Source: Actinomycetes bacterium
GTDB taxonomy: Bacteria; Actinomycetota; Acidimicrobiia; Acidimicrobiales; Bog-793
DNA: 64,000 nt
Direction of reading: 5' to 3'
NCBI GenBank assembly: GCA_021798275.1
Contig: JAJZMK010000139.1
Span: 12,408 to 76,407, forward strand
Under the pieces are notes generated by a model. It searched no databases and had not been told where the DNA came from. It saw only the letters and a list, made by a program, of their open reading frames with translations. Numbering within the stretch: the stretch's first letter is position 1; every line of letters starts with the position of its first letter. The position numbers and the translations under genes were made by a program. Shown piece by piece: positions 37,988-47,435 of this stretch.

Positions 37988-39063
37988 GTATAATAAAAAG
38001 CATAGAAGTAAGTAATTTTCGGAACATTCTGAATACAAAATTTACACCGGCAGACAAAGGTGTAACTTTGATTATAGGACCCAATGGATCAGGGAAAACC
38101 TCCATTCTTGAAGCCATTGCATACACTTCTATTCTTAGATCAATAAAAAACGATTCAAAAAATTCAATTATTAAAAACGATAAAGATTCGTCAAAGATAA
38201 AAGCAAACCTTATAAATAACGGAAGAAATTCTACAATAGATGTAATATTAAATAAATTAAGTAAAGATTATGTTGCTATAAATGATATAAAAGTAAATAA
38301 ATCATCGCAGTTGTTGGAGGAATTATCAATCACATTATTTACTCCGGAAGATCTTAATTTAATAAAAGGGGGACCAAATTTACGGCGGGACTATCTTGAT
38401 GACATACTTTCTTTAATATCACTCAATAATTACAATTATATAAGACAATTTGAAAAGTCCTTACGACAAAGAAATATACTGCTAAAACAAGTAACTCTCA
38501 AAAACTATAATAATTATCTGGATACATTGAATGTATGGGATGAACAAATTGCAAAATATAGTACAATTTTAGTTAATTTAAGAAAAAATCTAATACTGGA
38601 ATTAACTCCATACATACAAGAAGAGTTTACAAAAATAACAAATATAAAAAAAGATATAAGAATCAACTACGTATCTTCTGTGGGAGAAAATATTCTTGAA
38701 GAATTAATTGATAAACGGACAGAAGATATCCTAAGAAAAACTACAACAATAGGTGCACACCGAGACGACATGGAAATCATTCTGGGAGATTTGGACGCCA
38801 GGCGGCAACTCTCTCAAGGTCAGCAACGTTCTTTGGCGATATCATTAAAGCTGGCAATGCACCGTATAGTGATCGATAAGAATAAAAAAATTCCGGTTAT
38901 ATTACTGGACGATGTCTTTTCGGAATTGGACGAAGATGTAAGCCGCAGTTTATTGGAGCAGATTTACGATTATCAGGCAATTGTGACTTCTGCCACGAAA
39001 CCATTGCAAAAAATATTAGTGAGTAAAGAAGTAAAGATGTTGAATGGTGAGTGTGAGCAATAG
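37984..39063 (+). CDS. recF: DNA replication/repair protein RecF; probable non-canonical (CTG) start
   Basis: Walker A GPNGSGKTS, signature LSQGQQRSLAISLKLA and Walker B VILLDDVFSELD. The 28 codons before the ORF-track TTG (38068) encode SIIKSIEVSNFRNILNTKFTPADKGVTL, a typical RecF N-terminus. Confidence 0.85.
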   Translation: MSIIKSIEVSNFRNILNTKFTPADKGVTLIIGPNGSGKTSILEAIAYTSILRSIKNDSKNSIIKNDKDSSKIKANLINNGRNSTIDVILNKLSKDYVAINDIKVNKSSQLLEELSITLFTPEDLNLIKGGPNLRRDYLDDILSLISLNNYNYIRQFEKSLRQRNILLKQVTLKNYNNYLDTLNVWDEQIAKYSTILVNLRKNLILELTPYIQEEFTKITNIKKDIRINYVSSVGENILEELIDKRTEDILRKTTTIGAHRDDMEIILGDLDARRQLSQGQQRSLAISLKLAMHRIVIDKNKKIPVILLDDVFSELDEDVSRSLLEQIYDYQAIVTSATKPLQKILVSKEVKMLNGECEQ

Positions 39064-39124
39064 TATCGACATATGGATATTTTTGCGAGCATATAACTTA
39101 TATAGAATATAAAAAGCAGATTTT

Positions 39125-39484
39125 ATGGACGAAACACACCATATATATTTTTCCTGCGAAGAGTATATGAAAAAAATAGGTCATGCCGAAGTTATACTTT
39201 TATCAAAAATTCAATCGGTATGGGGTGAAGTCGTAGGCGATAATATCAAACAAAATGTTTTGCCGGTAAAAATTACAGAGGATACCTTGATTGTCATGAT
39301 ATCCAACCCGGCGTGGGATACCCAAGTAAATTTTTTTGCCAAAGACATTTTAGACAAACTCAAAAAGCAAATACTCAATCAAGAATTAACCGTTGACGAA
39401 AAAAACGGACATGATGTATACAACCACGTCAAAACCGCGGAGAGTGCTTTTCCTGTGAAGATGAAAACTTTTTTAAAACATTAA
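39125..39484 (+). CDS. DUF721 (DciA-like) protein
   Basis: IQSVWGEVVGDNIKQNVLPVKITEDTLIVMISNPAWDTQVNFFAKDIL matches the DUF721 pattern. It lies between recF and gyrB, like Rv0004. Start may be ATG near 39167. Confidence 0.7.
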   Translation: MDETHHIYFSCEEYMKKIGHAEVILLSKIQSVWGEVVGDNIKQNVLPVKITEDTLIVMISNPAWDTQVNFFAKDILDKLKKQILNQELTVDEKNGHDVYNHVKTAESAFPVKMKTFLKH

Positions 39485-39542
39485 TTATTCTTTCGGAAGG
39501 TCTAGACTAGGAACTGTATTCGAAAATATATAGGCGGAGATA

Positions 39543-41468
39543 GTGACCGAACAAGCAGTATTAACTTATGAAGCGGAAGATATAGAAATTCTTGAAGGAT
39601 TGGAACCCGTCCGCAAACGGCCCGGTATGTTTATCGGATCTACTTCCACAACAGGCTTGCACCACTTAATTTGGGAAGTTGTGGATAATTCTGTAGATGA
39701 GGCTATGCAGGGGTTCTGTACAAAAATAATAGTCACACTTCTACAAGACGGCGGCTGCCGTGTTGAGGATAACGGCAGGGGTATTCCCGTGGATCCACAT
39801 CCGAGCGACCCAAGTAAGACGGCGGCGGAAATAGTTTTAACTGTTTTACATGCCGGCGGTAAGTTTGGCGGATCCGGTTATAAGGTATCCGGCGGTCTGC
39901 ACGGGGTCGGGGTATCTGTTGTCAACGCCCTTTCTAAAAGGTTGGATCTTGAAATCGACAGAGGCGGCAGACGGTACGAAATGAAGTTTGCCGGCGGCGG
40001 GACCACCGTGTCAAAATTAAAACCCGTGGGGGACTCACCCAGGAAGCGAACCGGCACCACCGTGGTATTTTGGCCGGACCAGACAATTTTTGACGACGTT
40101 GAGTTTCGCGCCCAGACCGTAATGGAGCGCTTGCAAATAATGGCTTTCCTCAATAAAAGCCTGGAAATTGTCTTTATCGACGAAAGGCAAGACCCGGTTT
40201 TAAGAGAGATTTACAAATATAACGGGGGTATACAAGACTTTGTCAAGCATTTAAATTCCTCCAAAGAACCTCTGTTTAAAAAAATATGTTTTTATGAAGG
40301 GGCAGAACCGGAGCAGGAGGTAGAAATTGCTCTGCAGTGGAATACCACATATTACGAAAGCATCCATTCGTTCGCAAACGGTATATCCACTATTGAGGGC
40401 GGCATGCATGAGGAAGGTTTTAAAAAGGCCCTCACAAACGTAATTAATAAATATGCCAGAGCCCGTAAATTGCTAAAAGATAATGAAGCCAATCTGGACG
40501 GAAAAGATATCAGAGAGGGACTGACTGGTATTATTTCAGTCCGCCTGCGTGATCCGCAGTTTGAAGGGCAGACAAAGTCAAAACTTGGCAATGTTACCAT
40601 CAGATCTTTGGTTGAGAAAACAACAAATGAAAAACTGAGTCAGTGGCTGGAGGAAAATCCAAGGGAGGCATCCCAAATTATCCAAAAAGCCATTTTAGCC
40701 AGCCGCGCCAGACAGGCAGCCGCCAATGCCAGAGACCTGACGCGCAGGAAAAGTGCCATGGGCGGTGCCGGTTTACCAGGCAAACTTATTGACTGTTCTT
40801 CAAAAAACGCCGAAATATCGGAAATCTTTATTGTGGAAGGCAATTCGGCGGGAGGCTCCGCCAAAGACGCGAGGGATCCACACACGCAGGCTATTTTACC
40901 GATCAGAGGTAAAATCCTCAATGTTGAAAAGTCCCGCATGGATAAAATGCTGAAAAACACCGAGATTCAGGCCCTGATTATGGCTATAGGCGGAGGAGTG
41001 GGTGACGATTTTGATATCACAAAAGTGCGTTACCATAAAATAATCATTCTTGCCGACGCAGACGTTGACGGATCACACATCAGGACCCTACTTCTAACCT
41101 TCTTTTTGCGCCAAATGAAACCGTTGATAGAAAGCGGGTTTGTATATGCCGCACAACCGCCCCTGTATTCCACTTTGGTCGGCAACACCAAAACATACCT
41201 AAAAGACGACCAAGCAAAAGCGGAATTTTTGGCTTCCCATCCAAACCACAAAAATGAATTCCAGAGATTAAAAGGTCTCGGAGAAATGGACTTCAGTGAA
41301 TTGGAGGCCACTACCATGAATCCGGCGAAGAGATCCCTGTTGCAAATAAATATGGAGCAGGCAAGTATTGCCGATGAGGTTTGCTCAATTTTGATGGGTG
41401 ACGATGTTGAGGTGCGCAGAAAATTTATACAGCAAAATGCCAAAGATGTGAGGTTTTTAGATGTCTAA
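39543..41468 (+). CDS. gyrB: DNA gyrase subunit B
   Basis: LEGLEPVRKRPGMFIGS, GGLHGVG, EGNSAGGSAK, PIRGKILNVE, and the Toprim motif ILADADVDGSHI. Confidence 0.97.
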   Translation: MTEQAVLTYEAEDIEILEGLEPVRKRPGMFIGSTSTTGLHHLIWEVVDNSVDEAMQGFCTKIIVTLLQDGGCRVEDNGRGIPVDPHPSDPSKTAAEIVLTVLHAGGKFGGSGYKVSGGLHGVGVSVVNALSKRLDLEIDRGGRRYEMKFAGGGTTVSKLKPVGDSPRKRTGTTVVFWPDQTIFDDVEFRAQTVMERLQIMAFLNKSLEIVFIDERQDPVLREIYKYNGGIQDFVKHLNSSKEPLFKKICFYEGAEPEQEVEIALQWNTTYYESIHSFANGISTIEGGMHEEGFKKALTNVINKYARARKLLKDNEANLDGKDIREGLTGIISVRLRDPQFEGQTKSKLGNVTIRSLVEKTTNEKLSQWLEENPREASQIIQKAILASRARQAAANARDLTRRKSAMGGAGLPGKLIDCSSKNAEISEIFIVEGNSAGGSAKDARDPHTQAILPIRGKILNVEKSRMDKMLKNTEIQALIMAIGGGVGDDFDITKVRYHKIIILADADVDGSHIRTLLLTFFLRQMKPLIESGFVYAAQPPLYSTLVGNTKTYLKDDQAKAEFLASHPNHKNEFQRLKGLGEMDFSELEATTMNPAKRSLLQINMEQASIADEVCSILMGDDVEVRRKFIQQNAKDVRFLDV

Positions 41469-43947
41469 AAACACCAAAGGAACCGATCCTTCAGGAACGA
41501 CGGAAGAAACAATTACAGGCACTATTGAGCCTATAGAAATTCAACTCGAGATGGAAAGGTCCTTCCTCGAGTACTCTATGTCCGTTATTATTTCCAGGGC
41601 GTTGCCCGACGTAAGAGACGGTTTGAAACCCGTGCACAGGCGTATTCTGTACGGTATGTGGGATAACGGACACCGTCCGGACAGACCGCATGTAAAATGT
41701 GCAAAAGTCGTGGGTGACGTCATGGGCCGTTTCCATCCCCACGGAGACGCCGCCATATATGACGCTTTGGCCAGAATGGTGCAAGACTTCAGTTTGCGTC
41801 ACCCGTTGATTGACGGTCACGGAAACTTTGGGGCGCCGGGTCCAAACGCCGGTCCGGCGGCAATGAGATACACCGAATCCAGGCTTTCTCAACTCGCGAT
41901 GAGTCTTTTGGAAGACATCAACGAGCAAACTGTTGATTTTGTCCCCAATTACGACGGTTCGGATGAAGAACCGCTCGTATTGCCGGGACGGTTTCCGAAT
42001 CTCTTGGTAAACGGTTCGCAGGGTATTGCCGTGGGAATGGCGACCAATATACCTCCGCATAACCTCGGAGAAATTATTGATGCCACCAAATATCTCATAA
42101 ATAATCCAGATGCCACTTCGGACGATCTTATGAGGTTTGTGAAAGGTCCCGACTTTCCCACGGGTGCGACAATACTGGGACGCCAGGGGATTATCGATGC
42201 GTACAGGACCGGAAGAGGTTCCATTAAACTCAGATCGACGGCTGAAATTATTGAGGGTCGGGGCGGGGTTTCCCAGATCGTAGTCACCGAAATTCCTTAC
42301 CAGGCCTCAGTGGAAGTTATAGCGGAACGTATTGCCGACTTGGTTGAGGGCGGAGACCTGACAGGAATTTCCGATATACAGGACGCCTCTTCCGCCGGTA
42401 AGCCAAAACTTGTCATTACTTGTAAAAGAGATGCCAACGCAAACGTATTGTTGAATAATTTGTATAAGCAAACTCCTCTGCAAAGCTCGTTCGGCATACA
42501 TATGCTGGCTTTGGTTGACGGAGTGCCGCGCTTATTGACTCTCAACAGCGCTTTGGCTGCTTATATAAAACATCAAATTGAAGTAGTTACGAGAAGGTCT
42601 GAATACAGATTAAATAAAGCCAAAGCAAGGGCACATATTGTAGAAGGACTGCTTAAAGCCCTTGACATATTGGACGATGTAATAAATGCCATTCGGTCTT
42701 CTGCTGACCGGCAAGACGCAAAAACGAAACTGACCGCCGAGCCATTTTTATTTTCCGATGAGCAGGCAACACATATCCTGGATATGACCCTCAGCCGTCT
42801 TACGCGGCTTGGACGCAGGGAGCTGGAAGATGAAATGGCGCAATTGAGTGCTCTAATCATAGAATTGGAGTCGATTTTAAGTGACGATGTGCGTCTTCGT
42901 TCGGTTATATCAGAAGAGTTGGAAGTAATTAAGACGAAATTTGCCACCCCAAGAAAAACTATGATCGGTCATGATGTCGGGGAAATAAACACAGAGGACT
43001 TAATTGACGACGAAGAAGTCGTGGTTACCCTAACCAAAGCCGGTTACATAAAAGCCGTACAAACTGATTCCTACAAAACACAGTCGCGCGGCGGCAAAGG
43101 AGTAAGGGCGGCCAGATTAAAAGAAGAGGATATAGTAGAAGAAATTATCCATACCACAACCCATACCCATCTTCTGCTGTTTTCAAACAAAGGTAAGGTT
43201 TACCGCCTGCGTGCCTACGAAGTCCCCATGAAAGAAAGGACTTCGAAAGGAACGGCAATAGTCAACCTGGTTCCTTTGAGTCCCGAAGAAAAAATAGAAG
43301 AAATAGTTGCCACAAAAGACTTCGATCCCGATAAATTCCTGTTGTTTGTGACTAAAAACGGGCAAGTCAAAAAAACTTCTCTGACAGAATACGATAAGAC
43401 AAGAAGAGAAGGCTTTATTGCAATTAACTTACACGACGACGATGAATTGGTCAGGGTGTTTAGTGTGGGGAACAGAGAAGATGTCATAATGGTTTCTAAA
43501 AATGGCATGGCAATTAGGTTCTCCGAAGAAGACATAAGGGCTGTCAGTCGCGCTGCCGCCGGTGTCAGGGGTATGAAATTAAAGTCCGGTGACGAAGTGG
43601 TTTCCAGTTTAGTGGCCAAAGGCGACTCATCTTTGCTTGTTGTCACACTAAACGGTTACGGCAAAAGAATCAAGCTCGACAGTTTTCACTCACAGGCACG
43701 CGGCGGGCAGGGTGTCAGGTGCATACGCTTAACTCAATCAAAAGGCTATGTCGTCTCTGGGTTGATGGCCGATGACGATGATGAAGTTTTGATATCCTCG
43801 TCAACGGGTATCCTGATCAGAACTTCCGTGGGACAAATTACTTCTCAAGGCAGAGCAGCTACAGGAGTAAAAGTGATGAATTTGAGCGACGACCAACATG
43901 TTGCGGCTGTGGCTTTGGTGAAAAACCAAGACCAAGAATACGAATAA
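41461..43947 (+). CDS. gyrA: DNA gyrase subunit A
   Basis: RALPDVRDGLKPVHRRILY, HPHGDAAIYDALARM and AAMRYTE (catalytic Tyr). C-terminal beta-pinwheel repeats. 8-nt overlap with gyrB. Confidence 0.97.
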   Translation: MSKNTKGTDPSGTTEETITGTIEPIEIQLEMERSFLEYSMSVIISRALPDVRDGLKPVHRRILYGMWDNGHRPDRPHVKCAKVVGDVMGRFHPHGDAAIYDALARMVQDFSLRHPLIDGHGNFGAPGPNAGPAAMRYTESRLSQLAMSLLEDINEQTVDFVPNYDGSDEEPLVLPGRFPNLLVNGSQGIAVGMATNIPPHNLGEIIDATKYLINNPDATSDDLMRFVKGPDFPTGATILGRQGIIDAYRTGRGSIKLRSTAEIIEGRGGVSQIVVTEIPYQASVEVIAERIADLVEGGDLTGISDIQDASSAGKPKLVITCKRDANANVLLNNLYKQTPLQSSFGIHMLALVDGVPRLLTLNSALAAYIKHQIEVVTRRSEYRLNKAKARAHIVEGLLKALDILDDVINAIRSSADRQDAKTKLTAEPFLFSDEQATHILDMTLSRLTRLGRRELEDEMAQLSALIIELESILSDDVRLRSVISEELEVIKTKFATPRKTMIGHDVGEINTEDLIDDEEVVVTLTKAGYIKAVQTDSYKTQSRGGKGVRAARLKEEDIVEEIIHTTTHTHLLLFSNKGKVYRLRAYEVPMKERTSKGTAIVNLVPLSPEEKIEEIVATKDFDPDKFLLFVTKNGQVKKTSLTEYDKTRREGFIAINLHDDDELVRVFSVGNREDVIMVSKNGMAIRFSEEDIRAVSRAAAGVRGMKLKSGDEVVSSLVAKGDSSLLVVTLNGYGKRIKLDSFHSQARGGQGVRCIRLTQSKGYVVSGLMADDDDEVLISSSTGILIRTSVGQITSQGRAATGVKVMNLSDDQHVAAVALVKNQDQEYE

Positions 43948-44003
43948 ATTGGAAGTTTCTCCAATAAATAACGTCTTGGAATATAAACTGTTATAGGTAC
44001 TGG

Positions 44004-44077
44004 GGGGCTATAGCTCAGTCGGTTAGAGCGCAGCACTGATAATGCTGAGGTCGCTGGTTCGATTCCAGCTAGCCCCA
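44004..44077 (+). tRNA. tRNA-Ile (anticodon GAT)
   Basis: Hand-folded cloverleaf of 74 nt. Acceptor GGGGCTA/TAGCCCC, anticodon loop CTGATAA, T-loop TTCGATT. No encoded CCA. Confidence 0.93.
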
Positions 44078-44240
44078 CTACGTAAGCGAGAGGGGGTGAG
44101 TTGTGCCTAAGAAAAGTTCAAGCTATACAAAGGTGTTGCCCAATGGCAATCGTGTGACTATTAAGATCAGCGGTATTGGGTCATACAACGACTCGATTCC
44201 CGAGTGGGCGAAACACTAGTACTAATATATCCCGCAACTT

Positions 44241-44960
44241 TAGCCGAATCGGTTCGTTATTTTTCCAATTCTGATGTCTGTATCAAGCATATTGCAGCTC
44301 TCGTGGCCAAACGATATTATTTGTCCGAGCTGTGGACGCACAGATATGATTTACTTAGAAACTCAAAAACGCCGGCAGTGTAAATCGCGCCATACAAAAC
44401 GGCAATTTGCGGTCAAAATCGGCACTATTTGTAAAGATAGCCATTTAGGTTGGATAAATGGCTTCCGCCGTCTGGCTGATCATTAATACCAAGAACGGCG
44501 TTAACTCTTACGAGATTGTACCCGCACCGGGCGTTACACAAAAGGCCGCTTCACTGACAAAATACCCATCGTCGGCGTGGTTGAAAAGAAAAAGTACGTT
44601 GGCCAAATCAGGACCTTTATGACCAAACAAGCAGACGCAATCATTACGCTACATTCCGCAAGCAAAACCTAGACGAAGGCGAACACACACTGACGAAAGC
44701 AAAATATACAGCCGCGCAAAACGAACGTTTATACACAAATCCGTAAATCATAGTGAAAAAAGTACATTTGCGGCGCAATTTCTATAACTACGATTGATGA
44801 CTTTTGGAACTTATTTAAGCGTTCTTACAAAGGCACTTACACGCACCTTTCGCCAGCTCACCTTGACAGCTGCCACAAAGAGTACCTATCGTTACAATAC
44901 CCAAATATTCAATGACGGTCAGCGATTTACTGAATGGTTTGCTAATTACAACAGAAGGTT
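44241..44960 (+). pseudogene. degraded IS1595-family transposase gene (frameshifts, stops, internal loss)
   Basis: SWPNDIICPSCGRTDMIYLETQKRRQCKSRHTKRQFAVKIGTICKDSHL is the zinc-ribbon N-terminus. Later fragments in other frames include IPIVGVVEKKKYVGQIRTF, KSVNHSEK and TIDDFWNLFKRSYKGTYTHLSPAHL. No intact ORF and no inverted repeats were identified. Confidence 0.6.
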
Positions 44961-45449
44961 ATGTACAAAACCCTCATTAGTAAAACTTAGCCATCCCTGT
45001 TGGATTTGTCCCACTCAATTCCTTATTACCCCTAAGGGCTAGAGCAAAACTTGTGCAATTCGGATCTGATGCGCTATATTTTCCCAGATCTGCCATCCTT
45101 CCAAGTATATGGTGTAGGTGGAGTTGGCCGGGATTGTATTTACCGATACCTAAAAATGAAACAGAGCCAGTAATAAAATCAGAAACTAAAAGAATCTAAG
45201 TAACAAGAAATGACCAGAATTAAAGACAACTATTAACCCTATATCTATCGGCATACCTAAAACTGCATATGCAAGAGGATTCTTTAACGCTTGCTCTGTC
45301 TGCAGACCTAAGGTGTCAGCAGCCATCGTGTCGTCTGACAAGAGGCCCATTTTGACCGCATGTCTACAGCGTCTTACCGCCTTCCGGTAGAACAGCTTGC
45401 GAAAAAACAAGACTTTTATAAAAATTGTCTGGGTTGATGTGTGTGATTT

Positions 45450-46022
45450 TCATTCCTGTAGCTCTTTTTGGGTGGCTATTGCATTGACCAGATACATTAA
45501 TTTGATTGTTGTATTCCAGCTGCGGATCGTCATTGATTTATAAAGGGGCGAGGACATCGCTTGGTTCAGTCGGCTTTTTGTTCGTAACACACTGAGCCGC
45601 TGCGAGTAAATAACACCGTTACCTGGCCACACTGTATCGATGCCCTCACGAGGGTTAAAAGCTGTCATTGCTTCCTCCGCCTCAACATCCATGAGAAAGA
45701 TAGCGTCGCTGTGATACTTGTCTGGCTGGTCGCCAAAACCATGTGGTTTACGTGTGATAACGTCCGCGAGTTGCTTGTGTGTTAATACCAGCACCTTGAT
45801 AAGTTCACTATCGAGTTTAAATGTCTTGGGCAATGCCGTTTCGATTATGGTTTTTATGTCATAAGGCTGTTTTTCGGACTGCACAATGACGTTACCGCTG
45901 GCAATATAGGTCGTAATACCGGAAAACCCAAGTGCTTCGAGGCAACTCTTTAACTCTGTCATTGAAACTATGTTCTTACCGCCGACGTTGATACCTCGGA
46001 GGAGTAATATATAAGTTTGCAC
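45450..46022 (-). CDS. DUF1697 domain protein
   Basis: MQTYILLLRGINVGGKNIVSMTELKSCLEALGF...TYIASGNV is the DUF1697 signature. Confidence 0.8.
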   Translation of the reverse strand: MQTYILLLRGINVGGKNIVSMTELKSCLEALGFSGITTYIASGNVIVQSEKQPYDIKTIIETALPKTFKLDSELIKVLVLTHKQLADVITRKPHGFGDQPDKYHSDAIFLMDVEAEEAMTAFNPREGIDTVWPGNGVIYSQRLSVLRTKSRLNQAMSSPLYKSMTIRSWNTTIKLMYLVNAIATQKELQE

Positions 46023-46385
46023 TAAATCCCATTATATTCTACGTGTCGCTTATAATTAGTGTATAAATAACCAGCAAGTAGACAAGAGCGATGAGGCCTC
46101 TAAATCTGCCTTAATAAGATACCTCTGCCAGGGCCTGTGCCGGATAGCCCGATGAGTAAGTTCAATAAGACTATGCGAAAAATCTTGTCTGAGCCAAAGA
46201 AAAACTTAAAAGATAACTCATCCCCACAAAAAGAGAGTGCAAGATGTGGGTTGATTACTTAAGTAGGAGTCGCTCGCCTTTGTGGGACACACACGCAGCC
46301 TCTACAGGTCACATCCGGGTGGTCCACCCTACGGGCCCCCGATAATCGTTCGACGCGTTGATGGACGGCTTGATATACTGTTGAG

Positions 46386-47147
46386 GTGCGCGCATTCGAC
46401 GACCTTGTGGCCGAGGCGGCTGCCGCAGACGTCACGGGGTGGGGTTTCGGTTGGCTGGACGGCCGGGCGACCGAGGAGCGTCCACCTTGGGGCTATGCGA
46501 AGCTTCTCTCCGACAGACTCGGCCAAGTCGACTCTGCCCTAGATTTGGATACCGGCGGCGGGGAGGTTCTTGCCGAGGCCCCAAGGTTCCCATCACGGAT
46601 GGTCGCTGCCGAGAGTTGGCCGCCAAATGCAGAGCGCGCCCGCCAATTGCTAGGTTCGCGCCATGTGCAGGTCGTCCAACCTGCCGAGGGAGGCCGACTA
46701 CCTTTAGCGAACGAGTCGTTCGAACTCGTGACAGCTAGGCACCCGGTGCGCCCCAACTGGGAAGAAATCAGTCGTGTTCTGATGAAGGGAGGCGTCTACT
46801 TTGCCCAGCATGTGGGGCCGGGTTCGGCCTTCGAGTTGATCGAGCGTTTCCGTGGTCCGCTCGTGAGGGAGCGTCAGCAACGCGACCCGATTCTGGAATC
46901 GGCTGCGGCGGAGCAGGCGGGCCTGATAGTCGCAGACCTTCGCACAGCACGGTGCCGCATGGAGATCCACGACGTCGGCGCCGTGGTATGGCTCCTTCGC
47001 AAGTGTGTCTGGTGGGTGCCGGATTTCTCAATCGTGAAATATCACCGCACGCTCATCGAACTGGACGCGGAACTTCGTCGGGGTAACCCCTTCGTCGCTC
47101 ACTCGACCCGCCACCTGATCGAAATGCGGAAACCGGCGCTCCTGTAG
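46386..47147 (+). CDS. class I SAM-dependent methyltransferase (within a high-GC foreign block)
   Basis: Motif I ALDLDTGGGEVL and motif post-I/II-like FELVTARHP. The surrounding ORF clutter on both strands is typical of high-GC DNA. Confidence 0.7.
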   Translation: MRAFDDLVAEAAAADVTGWGFGWLDGRATEERPPWGYAKLLSDRLGQVDSALDLDTGGGEVLAEAPRFPSRMVAAESWPPNAERARQLLGSRHVQVVQPAEGGRLPLANESFELVTARHPVRPNWEEISRVLMKGGVYFAQHVGPGSAFELIERFRGPLVRERQQRDPILESAAAEQAGLIVADLRTARCRMEIHDVGAVVWLLRKCVWWVPDFSIVKYHRTLIELDAELRRGNPFVAHSTRHLIEMRKPALL

Positions 47148-47435
47148 GCGAAGTAAGCAGAACGGTGGCGGTTCTCGGGAGTCACCCGATGCGAAGTAGC
47201 CTCACGCCGCACCCGTCTAGGTTTGCGAGCTGGAAGTAACACAGACCCCAATTGGTCAGCAAGGGGTATAGCCGCTCACGGCAGTGCTCGGTGTTGAGGA
47301 TCGCGGTCCTGTAGGTGAGCTCAACGACATCGACCTCAAGGAGTATCGCAAGACCCACGCCACGGGCTCCTGTGAGACGGCTAGGGTTGAAGTGGTGCGC
47401 TGTGGACAATTAAGGTACTGCTTCAAAGAAAATAA

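Noticed and set aside
41491-42060. Long antisense ORFs inside well-supported genes. Examples are 189 aa in gyrA, 195 aa at 23679-24266 in murJ, 186 aa at 56740-57300, 176 aa at 52418-52948, 145 aa at 28275-28712 and 161 aa at 8928-9413.
   Set aside because: They lie fully within, and antisense to, genes with clear family motifs. They have no RBS, and their composition is biased (R/G/P/S-rich). They are shadow ORFs.
44185-44205. 8-nt match (TCGATTCC) to the tRNA-Ile T-arm, considered as a possible att repeat for the island.
   Set aside because: It is too short to distinguish from chance. No longer repeat of the tRNA 3' end was seen at the far edge of the patch.
45186-45410. 74-aa minus-strand ORF in the accessory patch.
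   Set aside because: It has no RBS or family signal. It may be real, but it is unsupported.
46282-47031. Many overlapping 60-100-aa ORFs on both strands in the high-GC block.
   Set aside because: Stop-poor frames are expected in DNA of 65-70% GC. Only the 253-aa frame has methyltransferase motifs.
47182-47409. 75-aa minus-strand ORF at the right end of the high-GC block.
   Set aside because: It has no recognisable motif. It may be a gene fragment carried in with the block, but it cannot be supported as a CDS.
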